A stretch of 64,000 nt of DNA from an uncultured delta proteobacterium (GTDB taxonomy: Bacteria; Myxococcota_A; Polyangia; Polyangiales; Polyangiaceae): assembly GCA_963716725.1 (NCBI GenBank), contig CAVQUB010000009.1:320001-384000 (forward strand). The letters run 5' to 3'. The notes below the pieces were generated by a model. The model did no database searches, was not told where the DNA came from, and saw nothing but the letters and a program-made list of their open reading frames with translations. Made by a program: the position numbers and the translations under genes. Of this stretch, positions 40,831 through 52,569 are shown one piece after another (positions within the stretch are counted from its first letter, which is position 1; each line of letters opens with the position of its first letter).

Positions 40831-42015
40831 CTAGCCCGAGGTCGAAGACGAACTCCGTGCGCTGAGTTCGTGGAGCCGTCGAGGGGCGAGTGCCGGGTCG
40901 CGCATCACAACGCCGTCAGCGTGCACTCCTGGAGCAGGAGCGCTAGACGAAACGCGGCGCAAGGAGGACCGCGCCTGCGATTGAGAGGGTGATGGCGACT
41001 CGGAACAGCCACTTGGTCGTGCTTGCCTTCGACTCGTAAATCTCGATCAGCTGCTGCTCGCTCAAGTTGGACACCAAGAGGCCGGTCTCCGCGCAAAGAT
41101 GACGCCTTGGGCTTCTTGGCGGCCGCGGTCGTTGCCCGCCTGCAGGCCCAGTGATACGAAACATCCCGCCTGGGACGAAGACCACAGATGGCCTCACCGG
41201 TTCCCGCGCGAGCTGATCATGCCTGAGCAGTCGGTTCTCCTGACAGGCGCCACGGGCTTCGTCGGAGGAGCAGTGAGACCCGCGCTCGCGGCGAGCGGTT
41301 GGCGCGTTCGGTGCCTCACGCGGGATGCGAAGCGGGCGCGCCTCAAGGCGCCCGACCTGGACTGGGTCCAAGGTGACGTTGGCGACGAAGCCTCGTGTGC
41401 AGCAGCGCTCGAGGGTTGCCGAGCTGCCCTTTACTTGGTGCACGGGATCGGCGAGGGCGTGGACTACCATCGCCACGAGGTCGTGGCGGCCTCGACGTTC
41501 TCCAAGGCGGCGGCCGCAGCCGGGGTCGAACGCCTTGTCTATCTCGGCGGCGTCGCCCCGGGGGCCGGCCCGGGCTCCGACCACCTGCGCAGTCGGCTCG
41601 ACGTAGGCGAGGCCCTGCGGGCCGGCCCGGTCAGGACCATAGAGCTGCGCGCCAGCATGATCGTCGGGCACGGCAGCCTGAGTTGGCTCATCGTCCGCGA
41701 CCTGGCTGCCCGCCTGCCGGTGATGGTCTTGCCGCGCTGGCTGAAGTCGAGGACGCAGCCGGTGGCGATCGACGACGTTGTCATCGCTCTCGTGCGAGCC
41801 ATGGAGCTGCCGCTCGCGTGTAGGCCGTCACCCTCCGTCGTGATCCCCCGCGGTCGTGGTGTCGGTCTGGGCGCTCGTTGTTTCGGGTGAGCCGGGTTCG
41901 GACTCCGGAGAGCTTCGCCGTTCTTTTTTCCTGAGAGGCTGATCCGCGGAAAGCTGATCGCCGGAGAAGGTTGGTCCGTCGCGGTAGCACCCGCACGGAC
42001 CCGGCCAGCGAAGGA

Positions 42016-42648
42016 TTGGTTGTCCGTTACGAGACGACCCTCACCAGCGAGCGGTACGTTACCGAGCAGGCGTGGCGGGCCGCAAGTTTGGAGCGGTGCC
42101 CGCTGCACCCGGAGGGCGGCTGCGGTCTCGCGGGGCACGGGAGCTACGGTCGGGTCCGCCCCGTCGGCGTCCGCGTCGCCCGGTTCTGGTGCCCGCGGGC
42201 TCGGGTGACTATCAGCCTTTTGCCTGATTTTCTGGCTTCCCGACTGTCGGGCACGCTCGAGGAGGTCGAGCGGGCCGTCGAGGTGGCCGAGGGCGCCAAG
42301 AGTCTGGAGGCGGTCGCCGAGAAGGTGCGCCCCGCGATCGCAGCGGACGCGGTGACGCTTCCAAGCGCGCTGCGGTGGCTCCGGCGGCGGCGTGTTGCTG
42401 TCCACGCGGCGCTCGTGGCGGCAGTGACGCTGGTGCCGGCGCTCACGGGCTGCCCGGCGACGCTTGGCGCGGTGCGGCAACGACTCGGGGTGTCGGATGC
42501 GCTCGTGGCGCTGCGGTCGGCCGCGGCCATTCACCTGGCCGCCATGCCAGCGCCGGTCGGACTGCGGGCGCGAGGGCGAGCGCGGCAAGCATCGCGAGAG
42601 CCGACCCCACACGAAACGGGGCCGGACCCTCCTCGGCGGGACCGATAG
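42016..42648 (+). CDS. Transposon accessory protein with Cys/His cluster (putative zinc-binding)
   Basis: CPLHPEGGCGLAGHGSYGR...RFWCP...SLLPDFLA; lies inside the element ends. Confidence 0.7.
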   Translation: MVVRYETTLTSERYVTEQAWRAASLERCPLHPEGGCGLAGHGSYGRVRPVGVRVARFWCPRARVTISLLPDFLASRLSGTLEEVERAVEVAEGAKSLEAVAEKVRPAIAADAVTLPSALRWLRRRRVAVHAALVAAVTLVPALTGCPATLGAVRQRLGVSDALVALRSAAAIHLAAMPAPVGLRARGRARQASREPTPHETGPDPPRRDR

Positions 42649-42699
42649 CGGGTTGGTGTGCCCGGGACGGACCCGGGCCGACACCGAAAGAGAACTCCG

Positions 42700-44103
42700 A
42701 TGAGGACACCGACCCCCGAAAACGAACGCACGCTCGCTGACGCCGAGCGCAGAAAGCAGATCGCGCTGTTCCGTTATGGCGTGATCGCAGATCTGCTCCA
42801 CCTCGAGCGCGGTGCGCGCGGCATGTACGCGAAGCTGCGCGAGAAGGCGGAGAAGGACTGGGAGATCCCCGGAACGCTCCGGCGGAAGGTCCAGGCCGAA
42901 ACGATCCGCGGATGGCTTGCGGACTACCGACGCGGCGGCTTCGACGCCCTTGTCCCGAAGATCCGACGGGACGAGGGCTCGGCTCGCGCCATTCCCCGGG
43001 AGATCGCGGATCTGCTCTGCGAGACGAAAGAGCAGCACGCGGACTTCAGCGTCGGACTCGTCATCGCGCACGTGACGCGCTTCGCGAAGATCCCGGAGGG
43101 GGTCACGCTTGCGCCATCGACGGTGCACCGGATCTTGTCTCGGGCCGGACTCATGCAGAAGAAGCAGGGCGAGCCGACGGCGAAGGACCGCCGACGCTTC
43201 GCCTTCGAGAAGGCGGGCGAACTGTGGATGAGCGACGTGATGCACGGCCCCGCCGTCGCCGTGTCCGGGCGGCAGCGGAAGACGTACCTGCTCGCCGTCA
43301 TCGACGACGCGACACGGATGGTGCCGTATGCGGCCTTCGCGCTCAGCGAGAACGCCGCGACCCTTCTCAGCGTGCTCGAGCAAGGGATCTGCCGCCGCGG
43401 GATCCCCAAGCGGCTTTACGTCGACAACGGTGCCGCCTTCAAAGCACAGCACCTGGCGCTCGTGTGCGCGAAGCTCGGCATCACCTTGATCCACGCGCGT
43501 CCCTACACGCCCCAGGGAAAAGGAAAGATGGAGCGGTGGTTTCGGACCGTGCGTCTTCAGCTCCTGCCGACGCTCCAGCCCGAGGACAGGCGGAGTCTCG
43601 AAGCACTCAACCGCCGTCTCTGGGCGTGGGTCGAGGGTGAGTATCATCGGAGTCCCCACCGCGGACTCGACGGTGAGACGCCCGCGGATCGCTGGGCGAT
43701 GCGCTCAGACGAGGTGCGCCAGTCGTCGAGCGACCTCGCCGATCTGTTTCTCTTCGAGCAGAAGCGCCGTGTGCAGGCCGACCGCACCGTGTCGCTCGAC
43801 AGCGTGGCCTACGAAGTGGACGCGATGCTCGTCGGCGAGACCGTCGTCCTTCGCTTCGATCCGGCGCGTCCGCGAGAGACACGTGCCGTCCAGGTCTGGC
43901 ATCGCGGAAAGCAGATCCAGATCGCTCGCCGTGTCGACGTCTACGCCAACTGTTTCGTCCGACGCGATCACACGACGAAGGCCCTGCATCCATCTCAGCC
44001 CGTGGACGAGCCGCCCCCCGGCATGCGCTTGAGCGACTTCGACTTCGATGTCGGGGACAACCAGCAGGGCGGCGCTGGCGACGACGAGGGGGACCTCCTC
44101 TGA
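42700..44103 (+). CDS. DDE (rve) transposase with N-terminal HTH and Mu/TnsB-like C-terminal domain
   Basis: WMSDVMHG, IDDATR, YVDNGAAF, GKMERWFRT; RRVQADRTVSLDSVAYEV. Confidence 0.93.
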   Translation: MRTPTPENERTLADAERRKQIALFRYGVIADLLHLERGARGMYAKLREKAEKDWEIPGTLRRKVQAETIRGWLADYRRGGFDALVPKIRRDEGSARAIPREIADLLCETKEQHADFSVGLVIAHVTRFAKIPEGVTLAPSTVHRILSRAGLMQKKQGEPTAKDRRRFAFEKAGELWMSDVMHGPAVAVSGRQRKTYLLAVIDDATRMVPYAAFALSENAATLLSVLEQGICRRGIPKRLYVDNGAAFKAQHLALVCAKLGITLIHARPYTPQGKGKMERWFRTVRLQLLPTLQPEDRRSLEALNRRLWAWVEGEYHRSPHRGLDGETPADRWAMRSDEVRQSSSDLADLFLFEQKRRVQADRTVSLDSVAYEVDAMLVGETVVLRFDPARPRETRAVQVWHRGKQIQIARRVDVYANCFVRRDHTTKALHPSQPVDEPPPGMRLSDFDFDVGDNQQGGAGDDEGDLL

Positions 44104-44900
44104 TGTACCGCAAGCACTTCGGCCTCACCCGCCACCCCTTCGCCAAAAACATCGAGCCCGACGAGCTCTTCGCCTCCGGTGCGCTCCGAGAACTCGACGC
44201 CCGGCTCGCCCATCTCCTCGACTTGCGCGGCATCGGTGTGGTCACCGGTGAGAGCGGCAGCGGCAAGACCACCGCGTGTCGGAAGATCGTCGCCGGTCTC
44301 CACACGGGTCTGCACCGCGTCCTCTACGTGTCGCTCACCACCGGCAACGTGATGGATCTCTACAAGACCATCGCCTGGGAGATCGGCCTACCCACCGAGC
44401 GCAACCGCGCCGCACTGTTCCGGCAGATCCGGACCGAGGTGACGCGGCTCTGCAGCGAGGCCCGGCAGAAACCGATCCTGATCGTGGACGAAGCTCATCA
44501 CCTCAGGAGCGACGTGCTCGAGGACCTGCGCCTGCTCACCAACTACGCGATGGACTCCGACAACCGCCTCTGCCTGGTCCTCGTCGGACACCCGGAACTG
44601 CGCCGCCGCCTCGGCATGGCGGTGCACGAGGCGCTCTCGCAGCGCGTCGTCGTGCGCGCTCACGTCCCGGGTCTTGCCCGTGACGAGCTCGGCCCGTACC
44701 TCACGCACCTGCTCCGACTCGCCGGAACCGAGCTCGAACTCTTCGAGCCCGCAACCCAGGAGGCGATCTTCCAGGCGTCGAACGGCCTGCCCCGGAAGGT
44801 GAACCTGCTCGCTCACCACGCGCTCATGGCCGCCGCGCTCACCAAGAGCAGGACCGTCACGACCGAGCACATCCAGTCCGCCATGGCCGAAGTCACCTGA
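44103..44900 (+). CDS. ExeA/TnsC-like AAA+ ATPase, transposition helper
   Basis: YRKHFGLTRHPF, GESGSGKT Walker A, LIVDEAH Walker B, GLPRKVN; TGATG overlap with the transposase. Confidence 0.9.
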   Translation: MYRKHFGLTRHPFAKNIEPDELFASGALRELDARLAHLLDLRGIGVVTGESGSGKTTACRKIVAGLHTGLHRVLYVSLTTGNVMDLYKTIAWEIGLPTERNRAALFRQIRTEVTRLCSEARQKPILIVDEAHHLRSDVLEDLRLLTNYAMDSDNRLCLVLVGHPELRRRLGMAVHEALSQRVVVRAHVPGLARDELGPYLTHLLRLAGTELELFEPATQEAIFQASNGLPRKVNLLAHHALMAAALTKSRTVTTEHIQSAMAEVT

Positions 44901-45584
44901 GCCCAGCGCCCGGCGACGGTCCACAAGGCCCGGCGGAGATCCACGTCTCCGTCGGGCCGCTCCCTTTCTGCCACCACCTCGCCACGCCCACTCGACCACC
45001 GCACTCCGGGAAACCACCCCGAGGGCATCACGAAAATGCCCGGGATTCGGGCGGGGGAAGAGCGTGGGAAACTACACTCGCGGAGAGCGCGTGCTTCGAT
45101 ATCCCCGGACCGGTCGCGCTGTCCGGAAGAGAAATCCTCGAAGAGACCGCGCGTGTCATGGGGCTCCCGCATCCGCGCATGGTCGGACTGCCTTTGCTCT
45201 CGCCGCGCCTGTCCTCGTTGTGGGTACGCTTCGTTACGCGCGCTCAATGGTCCATCGCGCGTGAGGTGGTGGTCGGACTGACCGAGGATCTTCTGGCGCA
45301 AGATGACCGCTTTTGGAAGCTAATCGACCATCCGCGGCGCTTGTCCTTTGCCGAGGCGGCGCGGCTTGCCCTTGATGCCGAGCGCAGCGATGGTCGCGTT
45401 CAAGGCACCTGGGGCGCCATCGAGCGGCTGCGGGGCCTCTCGACGGGCTCGGCCTGAACGGCGCCGGGGCGGATACAGCTGCCGCAAGCACGCGCGCCTC
45501 GCTCTTCTCTAGCACCAGAGCCAAGATTTGATCGAAGCTCTAGCAGCGAGCACGTCACCGCCAGATCGCGTACCCTGCGCCCCA

Positions 45585-46052
45585 ATGCCGCTGACCTTCA
45601 CCAAAGGTGACCTGCTCGAGACCGAAGGGCTCCACGCCTTTGCGCACGGCTGCAGCGCGGCGGGCGTGATGGATGCTGGCGTCTCGGGCGCCTTCAAGAA
45701 GAAGTGGCCGCGCATGTTCGACGACTATCGCCAGCGCTGCGCAGACGGGCGCTTCCACATCGGCGACGTCTGCGTCTGGAGCGACGAGGTCGACACGGTC
45801 TACAGCCTCTGCATCCAGGAGCACTGGAAGCAGAAGGCGAAGATCGCCGCGCTAGTCCGCTCGCTTCAGAAGATGACCGAACTGGCCAAGCACGCGGGCA
45901 TCGAACGCATCGGTCTACCCCGCATCGGCACCGGACTCGGTGGGCTCGACTGGCAGCGGGTGAAGCGAGTGCTCGCCGAAGCGGGACAGCAGACGGACGT
46001 CTCGCTGGTCGTATTCGACCAGTTCATCCGCGCGCGCGTCCCGAGCGGCTGA
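45585..46052 (+). CDS. Macro-domain (ADP-ribose) protein, DarG/TARG1-like
   Basis: KGDLL, AHGCSAAGVMDAGVSGAFKKKWP, LPRIGTGLGGLDW. Confidence 0.85.
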   Translation: MPLTFTKGDLLETEGLHAFAHGCSAAGVMDAGVSGAFKKKWPRMFDDYRQRCADGRFHIGDVCVWSDEVDTVYSLCIQEHWKQKAKIAALVRSLQKMTELAKHAGIERIGLPRIGTGLGGLDWQRVKRVLAEAGQQTDVSLVVFDQFIRARVPSG

Positions 46053-46172
46053 AATGTACCCCTGAGCCCGAGGCGTCCTCGCGGCCCACGACGGACGCGA
46101 CGTGACCACGCCGTAGCGGCATCATTCTCTTTTCGGTCGAGCGTCACGAGGTCTTCGGTCTGTCGCCCGAAC

Positions 46173-46213
46173 GCAAGAACGCCGAACGGGCACGGGCCCG
46201 CTCGGCGCTCTCC
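46173..46213 (-). terminator. Hairpin terminator after rplQ
   Basis: Minus strand GAGCGCCGAGCGGGC-loop-GCCCGTTCGGCGTTC followed by a short T tail. Confidence 0.5.
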
Positions 46214-46231
46214 CCCGCCTGTTGGTCGACC

Positions 46232-46795
46232 TCAGGTCTTGGGTTTCGCGTCAGCGCTCTTGGCTTCGTCACCCGCGGACGCCTTGGGCTTCTTGGCGGG
46301 TGCAGCGGCCTCGGTCGCTTCCGCGCGAGGCCTTTTCGACGCCGGCGTGCGCTCTACGAGCTCGATCAGTGACATCGGCGCGTGGTCGCCACGACGGTGA
46401 CCCAGCTTGATGATTCGCGTGTAGCCGCCGGGGCGCTTCTCGAAGCGTCGAGCGAGATCGACGAAGAGCTTCTCGACCAAGTCGACCTTCTCGGTCTCAC
46501 CGCCGGACTCCTGCACGGTGGCGAAGCGCCGGAGAAACTGGCCGACCTGCTGCTGAACAGCGAATCGCCGCGCGCGGTCCTTCTCGCTGAGCTGATCGTG
46601 GGGTGTGTAGGCGACGGCTCCCAGGCGCTTGGCGCGCGTGATCAGCCGCTCGGCGATGCGCCGGAGCTCCTTGGCCTTCGCGTCGGTGGTCTCGATGCGC
46701 TCGTGAGCGAACAAGTTCGCTGCGAGGGCGCGAAACATGGCGCGGCGGTGGGATGTATTGCGGCCAAACTGCCGCCCTGACTTTCGGTGACGCAT
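46232..46795 (-). CDS. rplQ: 50S ribosomal protein L17
   Basis: [42 protein letters not shown]. Confidence 0.95.
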   Translation of the reverse strand: MRHRKSGRQFGRNTSHRRAMFRALAANLFAHERIETTDAKAKELRRIAERLITRAKRLGAVAYTPHDQLSEKDRARRFAVQQQVGQFLRRFATVQESGGETEKVDLVEKLFVDLARRFEKRPGGYTRIIKLGHRRGDHAPMSLIELVERTPASKRPRAEATEAAAPAKKPKASAGDEAKSADAKPKT

Positions 46796-46804
46796 GCGCT
46801 TCCC

Positions 46805-47841
<1,037 letters not shown>

Positions 47842-47977
47842 GCTGTTTGCCTCCTTTCGTGATCATCGGGTTTGCGCGACTGTCCCGATGCCGCGTGAGG
47901 AACCCGCTCCTCGACCAGCGCTCCGCGGCCTGCCCGCTGTCGGACCTGCTCACGGCCTGTGTCGAGTCTCGGGTCAC

Positions 47978-48613
47978 TCAGCGCGAGTAGTACTCGACGA
48001 CGTACTGCTCGCGGATCATCGGCTCGTTGAGCTCGTCGCGGACCGGCATGCTCTTGAACGACGCCGGAGAAGTTCTCCTTGTCGACCTCGAGCCAGCTCG
48101 GCGCGCGGCTCGTCTCGGCCGCCGCGAGCGCAGCGCGCGACGTAGCCGATCTTGCGGCTCTTCTCGCGGACCTCGATCTTGTCGTCCGGCTTGACCACGG
48201 TAGCTCGGGAATGTTGACGCGCTTGCCGTTGACCAGGACGTGGCTGTGGCGAACGAGCTGACGCGCCTCGACGCGCGACTGACCGCGAAGCCCATGCGGT
48301 ACACCACGTTGTCGAGGCGACGCTCGAGCAGACCGAGCATCTTCTCGCCGGTGCGGCCCTTCATGCCGCTGGCTTGGGCGTAGTAGCGCGAGAACTGGCG
48401 CTCGAGCAGGCCGTAGATGCGACGCATCTTCTGCTTCTCGCGCAGGCGCAGGCCGTACTCGCTGAGCTTGATGCGCCCCTGCCCGTGCTGACCGGGCGGA
48501 TAGGGGCGACGGGTGACCGCGCACTTCTCGGTGTAGCAGCGATCGCCCTTGAGATAGAGCTTCATGCCCTCGCGACGGCAGAGCCTGCAAACGGGTCCAA
48601 TGTAACGAGCCAT
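47978..48613 (-). CDS. rpsD: 30S ribosomal protein S4 (indels)
   Basis: [42 protein letters not shown]. Confidence 0.95.
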   Translation of the reverse strand: MARYIGPVCRLCRREGMKLYLKGDRCYTEKCAVTRRPYPPGQHGQGRIKLSEYGLRLREKQKMRRIYGLLERQFSRYYAQASGMKGRTGEKMLGLLERRLDNVVYRMGFAVSRASRRVSSFATATSWSTASASTFPSYRGQAGRQDRGPREEPQDRLRRALRSRRPRRAARRAGSRSTRRTSPASFKSMPVRDELNEPMIREQYVVEYYSR

Positions 48614-48626
48614 GACTTTCCTCTGC

Positions 48627-49032
<406 letters not shown>

Positions 49033-49059
49033 GACAGTGGGTGCTTTCCTAAGGGTGCT

Positions 49060-49433
49060 TCACGAACGACGCCGCTGCAGCGCCCTTGCGCGGGCCCTTG
49101 CGGGTGCGCGCGTTGGTGTGGGTGCGCTGACCGTTGACGGGCAGGCCCTTGCGGTGTCGCAGGCCCGCGGTAGCAGCCGAGGTCCATCAGGCGCTTGATG
49201 TTCATCTGGACCTCGCGGCGCAGATCGCCTTCGACCTTGTAGCCGCCCTCGATCGTGTCGCGGATGGCCTTGACCTCGGCCTCGGAGAGCTCGTCCACCT
49301 TCTTGTCGCTCGGGATGCCTGCCTTCTCGCAGATCTCGCGCGCCATGCGTGTGGCCGATGCCGTAGATGTACGGCAAGCGCGAACACGACCTGCTTGCGG
49401 CGGGGGAGGTCGACTCCGGCAGATACGTGCCAT
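49060..49433 (-). CDS. rpsM: 30S ribosomal protein S13 (indels; end approximate)
   Basis: [30 protein letters not shown]. Confidence 0.93.
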
Positions 49434-49451
49434 GTCTTGACTCCTACCTGC

Positions 49452-49565
49452 TCAGCCCTGGCGCTGCTTGTGGCGCGGGTTGTCGCAGATCACCCGCACC
49501 ACACCCTTGCGGCGGACGACCTTGCACTTGTCACAGATCTTCTTGACGCTGGGACGAACCTTCAT
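49452..49565 (-). CDS. rpmJ: 50S ribosomal protein L36 (zinc-ribbon type)
   Basis: [37 protein letters not shown] translated by hand. Confidence 0.97.
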   Translation of the reverse strand: MKVRPSVKKICDKCKVVRRKGVVRVICDNPRHKQRQG

Positions 49566-49592
49566 GGCGCTACCTGCCGAGCTTTCGTTGAG

Positions 49593-49828
49593 TCAGAGCT
49601 TGCGGGTGATGTGACCCCGGCTTGGGGTCGTTGGGTCGAGAGCTTCAACTTCCACGCGACTCCCGGCAATCAGCCGGACCGTCGAGTGCCTGCGCCGACG
49701 GTGGAGATGCTGGTGCGCACCGTCGCTGCCGTCGTCGAGGCGAACGCTGAACATGGCGTTCGGCAGAACCTCTTCAACCACTCCGCTCGGCTTCCGCTGT
49801 CTCTCCGCTTCGGGCTCTCCTCCGTCAC
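49593..49828 (-). CDS. infA: Divergent translation initiation factor IF-1-like protein (indels)
   Basis: VEEVLPNAMFSVRLDDG...VRLIAGSRVEV...SRGHIT; position between adk and rpmJ. Confidence 0.7.
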
Positions 49829-50456
49829 CGCTCGAGCTCGCTCGACGATTCGTTGCGGCAACTTCGTCTGGGGTCCCGACGCCGTCAACTCGGCGAAGGA
49901 GGCCCAGCGTTCTCGTAGAATGGCAACAGTGCCGCCGTCATCGCGTCGTACTCGTCGAGTCGCCGCTTGACGGTTTCCTCCTGGTCGTCGGCTCGGTGTT
50001 CGAGCTCGGCACCCGGGGGCGGGGGGTTATACTTCAGGTGGTAGATTTGTCCAGACCGCTTGTCGATGCGGCGCAGGGTCGCTCGCTCCACCAGCAAATC
50101 GCGCGGAACGTCGATCTGGAACACATACTGAAGGGGTGTTCCGCCGTTTCTGGAGCAAGCCGCTCAGCGCCTCGGCCTGGGGCACCGTGCGCGGGAAGCC
50201 GTCGAGGATGAAGCCCGCTTGGCGTCGGCCTGATCGAGGCGCTCGTCGACCAGGCCGATCACGACCGCGTCCGGCACGAGCTTGCCAGCGGTCATGAACG
50301 TCTCGGCCTCTTTGCCCGAGCGCGCGTGCCCTCCGCCTCGCGCCGCGCGGAGCATGTCGCCCGTCGAGATCTGCGGCACGCCGAAGCGCGTCGATGAGCC
50401 GCTCCGCCTGGGTGCCCTTTCCCGCTGCCGGGCGGTCCAACCAACACGATGCGCAT
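49825..50456 (-). CDS. adk: Adenylate kinase (indels; end approximate)
   Basis: [40 protein letters not shown]. Confidence 0.93.
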
Positions 50457-50458
50457 CG

Positions 50459-51818
50459 TCACTGCCTCCCGTTCAAGCCGCTGCCGGCCGCTGAGCCGCG
50501 TGGTCTGCGGTCCCGGTGAGCCCTTCGTAGCTGCGCGTGATGAGGTGCGCCTCGATCTGGTTGACCGTGTCGAGCGCGACGCCGACGACGATCATCAGGC
50601 TGGTGCCGCCGAACTGAAACGGCACGTTGAAGCGCCTGGGCGATGACGCTCGGGATCACGCAGACGGCCGCGACGTAGATCGCGCCGCCCACGGTGATGC
50701 GCGTGAGCACGCGGTCGATGTACTCGGCGGTCTGCTTGCCCGGCCGGATGCCCGGGATGATCGCCTGCTGCTTCTTCAGGTTGTCGGCCACGTCCACCGG
50801 CTGGAAGGTGACGGCCGTGTAGAAGAAGCAGAAGAAGATGATCAGCGCGACGAAGAAGGTGTTGAACAGCCAGTCGCCGCGGTTCGAGGCTGCGGCTGAA
50901 GCGTCGCCATGCCGGGGACGTTGAAGTTCGCGAGGGTGGCCGGGAACATGAGCAGGAGGCTCGAGGCGAAGATCGGCGGGATCATGCTCGCCGATGTTCA
51001 CCTTGCAGCGGCAGGTGCGCGCTCTGACCGCCGTAGATGCGTCGCCCGACCTGGCGCCGGGCGTACTGAATCGGGATCTGGCGCTGTGCCCGCTCGAAGA
51101 AGACGACCACCGCGACGCTGACCAGGATCACCGCCGAGAGCAAGGCGATCGTCAGCGGCTGGATGTCGCCCGCGTTGGCCTGCCAAGTAGCCCGTCACCG
51201 CCGAGGGATGCGCCGCTCACGATGCCGGCGAAGATGATCAGCGAGATGCCGTTGCCGATGCCCGCGCTCGGTGATCTGCTCGCCCAGCCACATGATGAAC
51301 GCGGTGCCGGTCGTCAGCGTGATCATCGTCAGGAGACGGAAGCCCCAGCCGGGGTGTCGCCACCACGTCGCCGAAACGGCCGCCGCCGATGTCGGCGTCG
51401 TTCAGCCCCTCGAGGTAGATCGCGATGCCGAAGGACTGGAAATGCGACAGCACGATGGTGCCGTAGCGCGTGTACTGCTCGATCTTGCGCCGGCCCGCCT
51501 CGCCCTCCTTGCGCATCTCTTCGACCGGCTTGCAGACCATGCCGAGGAGCTGCATGATGATGCTGGCCGAGATGTAGGGCATGATGCCCAGGGCGAAGAT
51601 CGAGAGGTTCTCGAGCGCGCCACCGGTGAACATGTTGAAGAGCCCGAGCAGGCCGCCCTGGCTCGCTCACGATGCTCCGCATCACCGTTGCGATCGACCC
51701 CGGGGGTCGTGACGAACACGCCGACGCGGTAGATCGCGAGCATCATCAACGTGAACAGAATGCGCCGGCGAAGCTCCGGCACCTTCGTGATGTTCGAGAA
51801 TCCGCCTGCGACAGCCAT
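50459..51818 (-). CDS. secY: Preprotein translocase SecY (many indels)
   Basis: [36 protein letters not shown]. Confidence 0.95.
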
Positions 51819-51903
51819 ACGAAGGCTTCACCTTCCGGCGCCGCTAGAGGCGGCGCAGTGAGCGGGAGTCATAAGCATCGTTCGCGGACTCGGCTAGACG
51901 CCT

Positions 51904-52384
51904 TCAGGCTTCGGCAGCTGCCGGAGCCGAGGTCGGGATCAGGACGACCTTGCCACCGGCTTTCTCGATCTTCTCCTGGGCCGACTTGCTGAAGGCGTGC
52001 GCGCTGACGGTCAGCGCCTTGGTCCAGGTCGCCCTCACCGAGGATCTTGATGCGTACGTCGCGCCCTTGAACCAGCCGGGATTGGCGGAGCGCAGCTTCG
52101 TCGACGACCTGGTCCTGCTCGAAGCGATCGAGCGCCGCGACGTTGATGGCCACGGTGTGGATCGGGAAGGGCACCCGGAAGCCGCGCTTGGGCAGGCGGC
52201 GCTGGATGGGGGTCTGACCGCCCTGGAAGTGCGGCTTGCCGAAGTCGCCGCCGTGGCGCGCCTTCTGGCCCTTCTGCCCGCGACCGCCGGTCTTGCCGAG
52301 GCCGGTGCCGACGCCGCGACCGACGCGCTTTTCGCGCGTGCGCGAGCCCGGCGGAGGCGAGAGGCGAGAGAGGATATCGCTCAT
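51904..52384 (-). CDS. rplO: 50S ribosomal protein L15 (one indel)
   Basis: [41 protein letters not shown]. Confidence 0.95.
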
Positions 52385-52569
52385 GACTTCTTCTCCTGCA
52401 CGTCGATCAGGTGCAAGACCTTCTTGATCATGCCGCGGAACGAGGGCGTGTTGTCCACGACGACGGTGGAGCCCATGCCCCGAAGGCCGAGCCCCTTGAG
52501 CACGGCGCGTTGCGGGTGCGGACGGTTCGAAACCGACACGCGCTGTCGAACTTCGAGCTTGGTGGTCAT
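52381..52569 (-). CDS. rpmD: 50S ribosomal protein L30
   Basis: [31 protein letters not shown]. Confidence 0.93.
   Translation of the reverse strand: MTTKLEVRQRVSVSNRPHPQRAVLKGLGLRGMGSTVVVDNTPSFRGMIKKVLHLIDVQEKKS

Larger units (their letters stand above)
41819..45076 (+). mobile_element. Complete 3,258-bp three-gene transposon (DDE transposase + AAA ATPase + accessory ORF)
   Basis: Ends TGTAG.../...CTACA; 6-bp direct repeat CTCGCG at 41813-41818 and 45077-45082; imperfect sub-terminal inverted motif at 41838-41857 and 45013-45033. Confidence 0.93.
41219..45457 (+). pseudogene. NAD(P)-binding atypical SDR (YbjT-like) interrupted by the transposon; parts 41219-41818 and 45083-45457
   Basis: VLLTGATGFVG, YLVHG, RASMIVG, TQPVAIDDVV; both halves in one frame, rejoining as MELPLA|ESACFDIPGP (324 aa). 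Confidence 0.9.

Noticed and set aside
40943..41075. Small membrane ORF VSNLSEQQLIEIYESK...LLAPRFV on the minus strand
   Set aside because: Short, no clear SD and no recognisable family; may be a remnant and cannot be supported
44103..44900. Type II secretion ExeA gene
   Set aside because: It lies inside transposon ends, is coupled to the transposase and has no secretion genes nearby
41819..45076. CRISPR-associated or canonical Tn7 transposon
   Set aside because: No cas genes, array, TnsA or recognisable TniQ; the TSD is 6 bp rather than 5 bp
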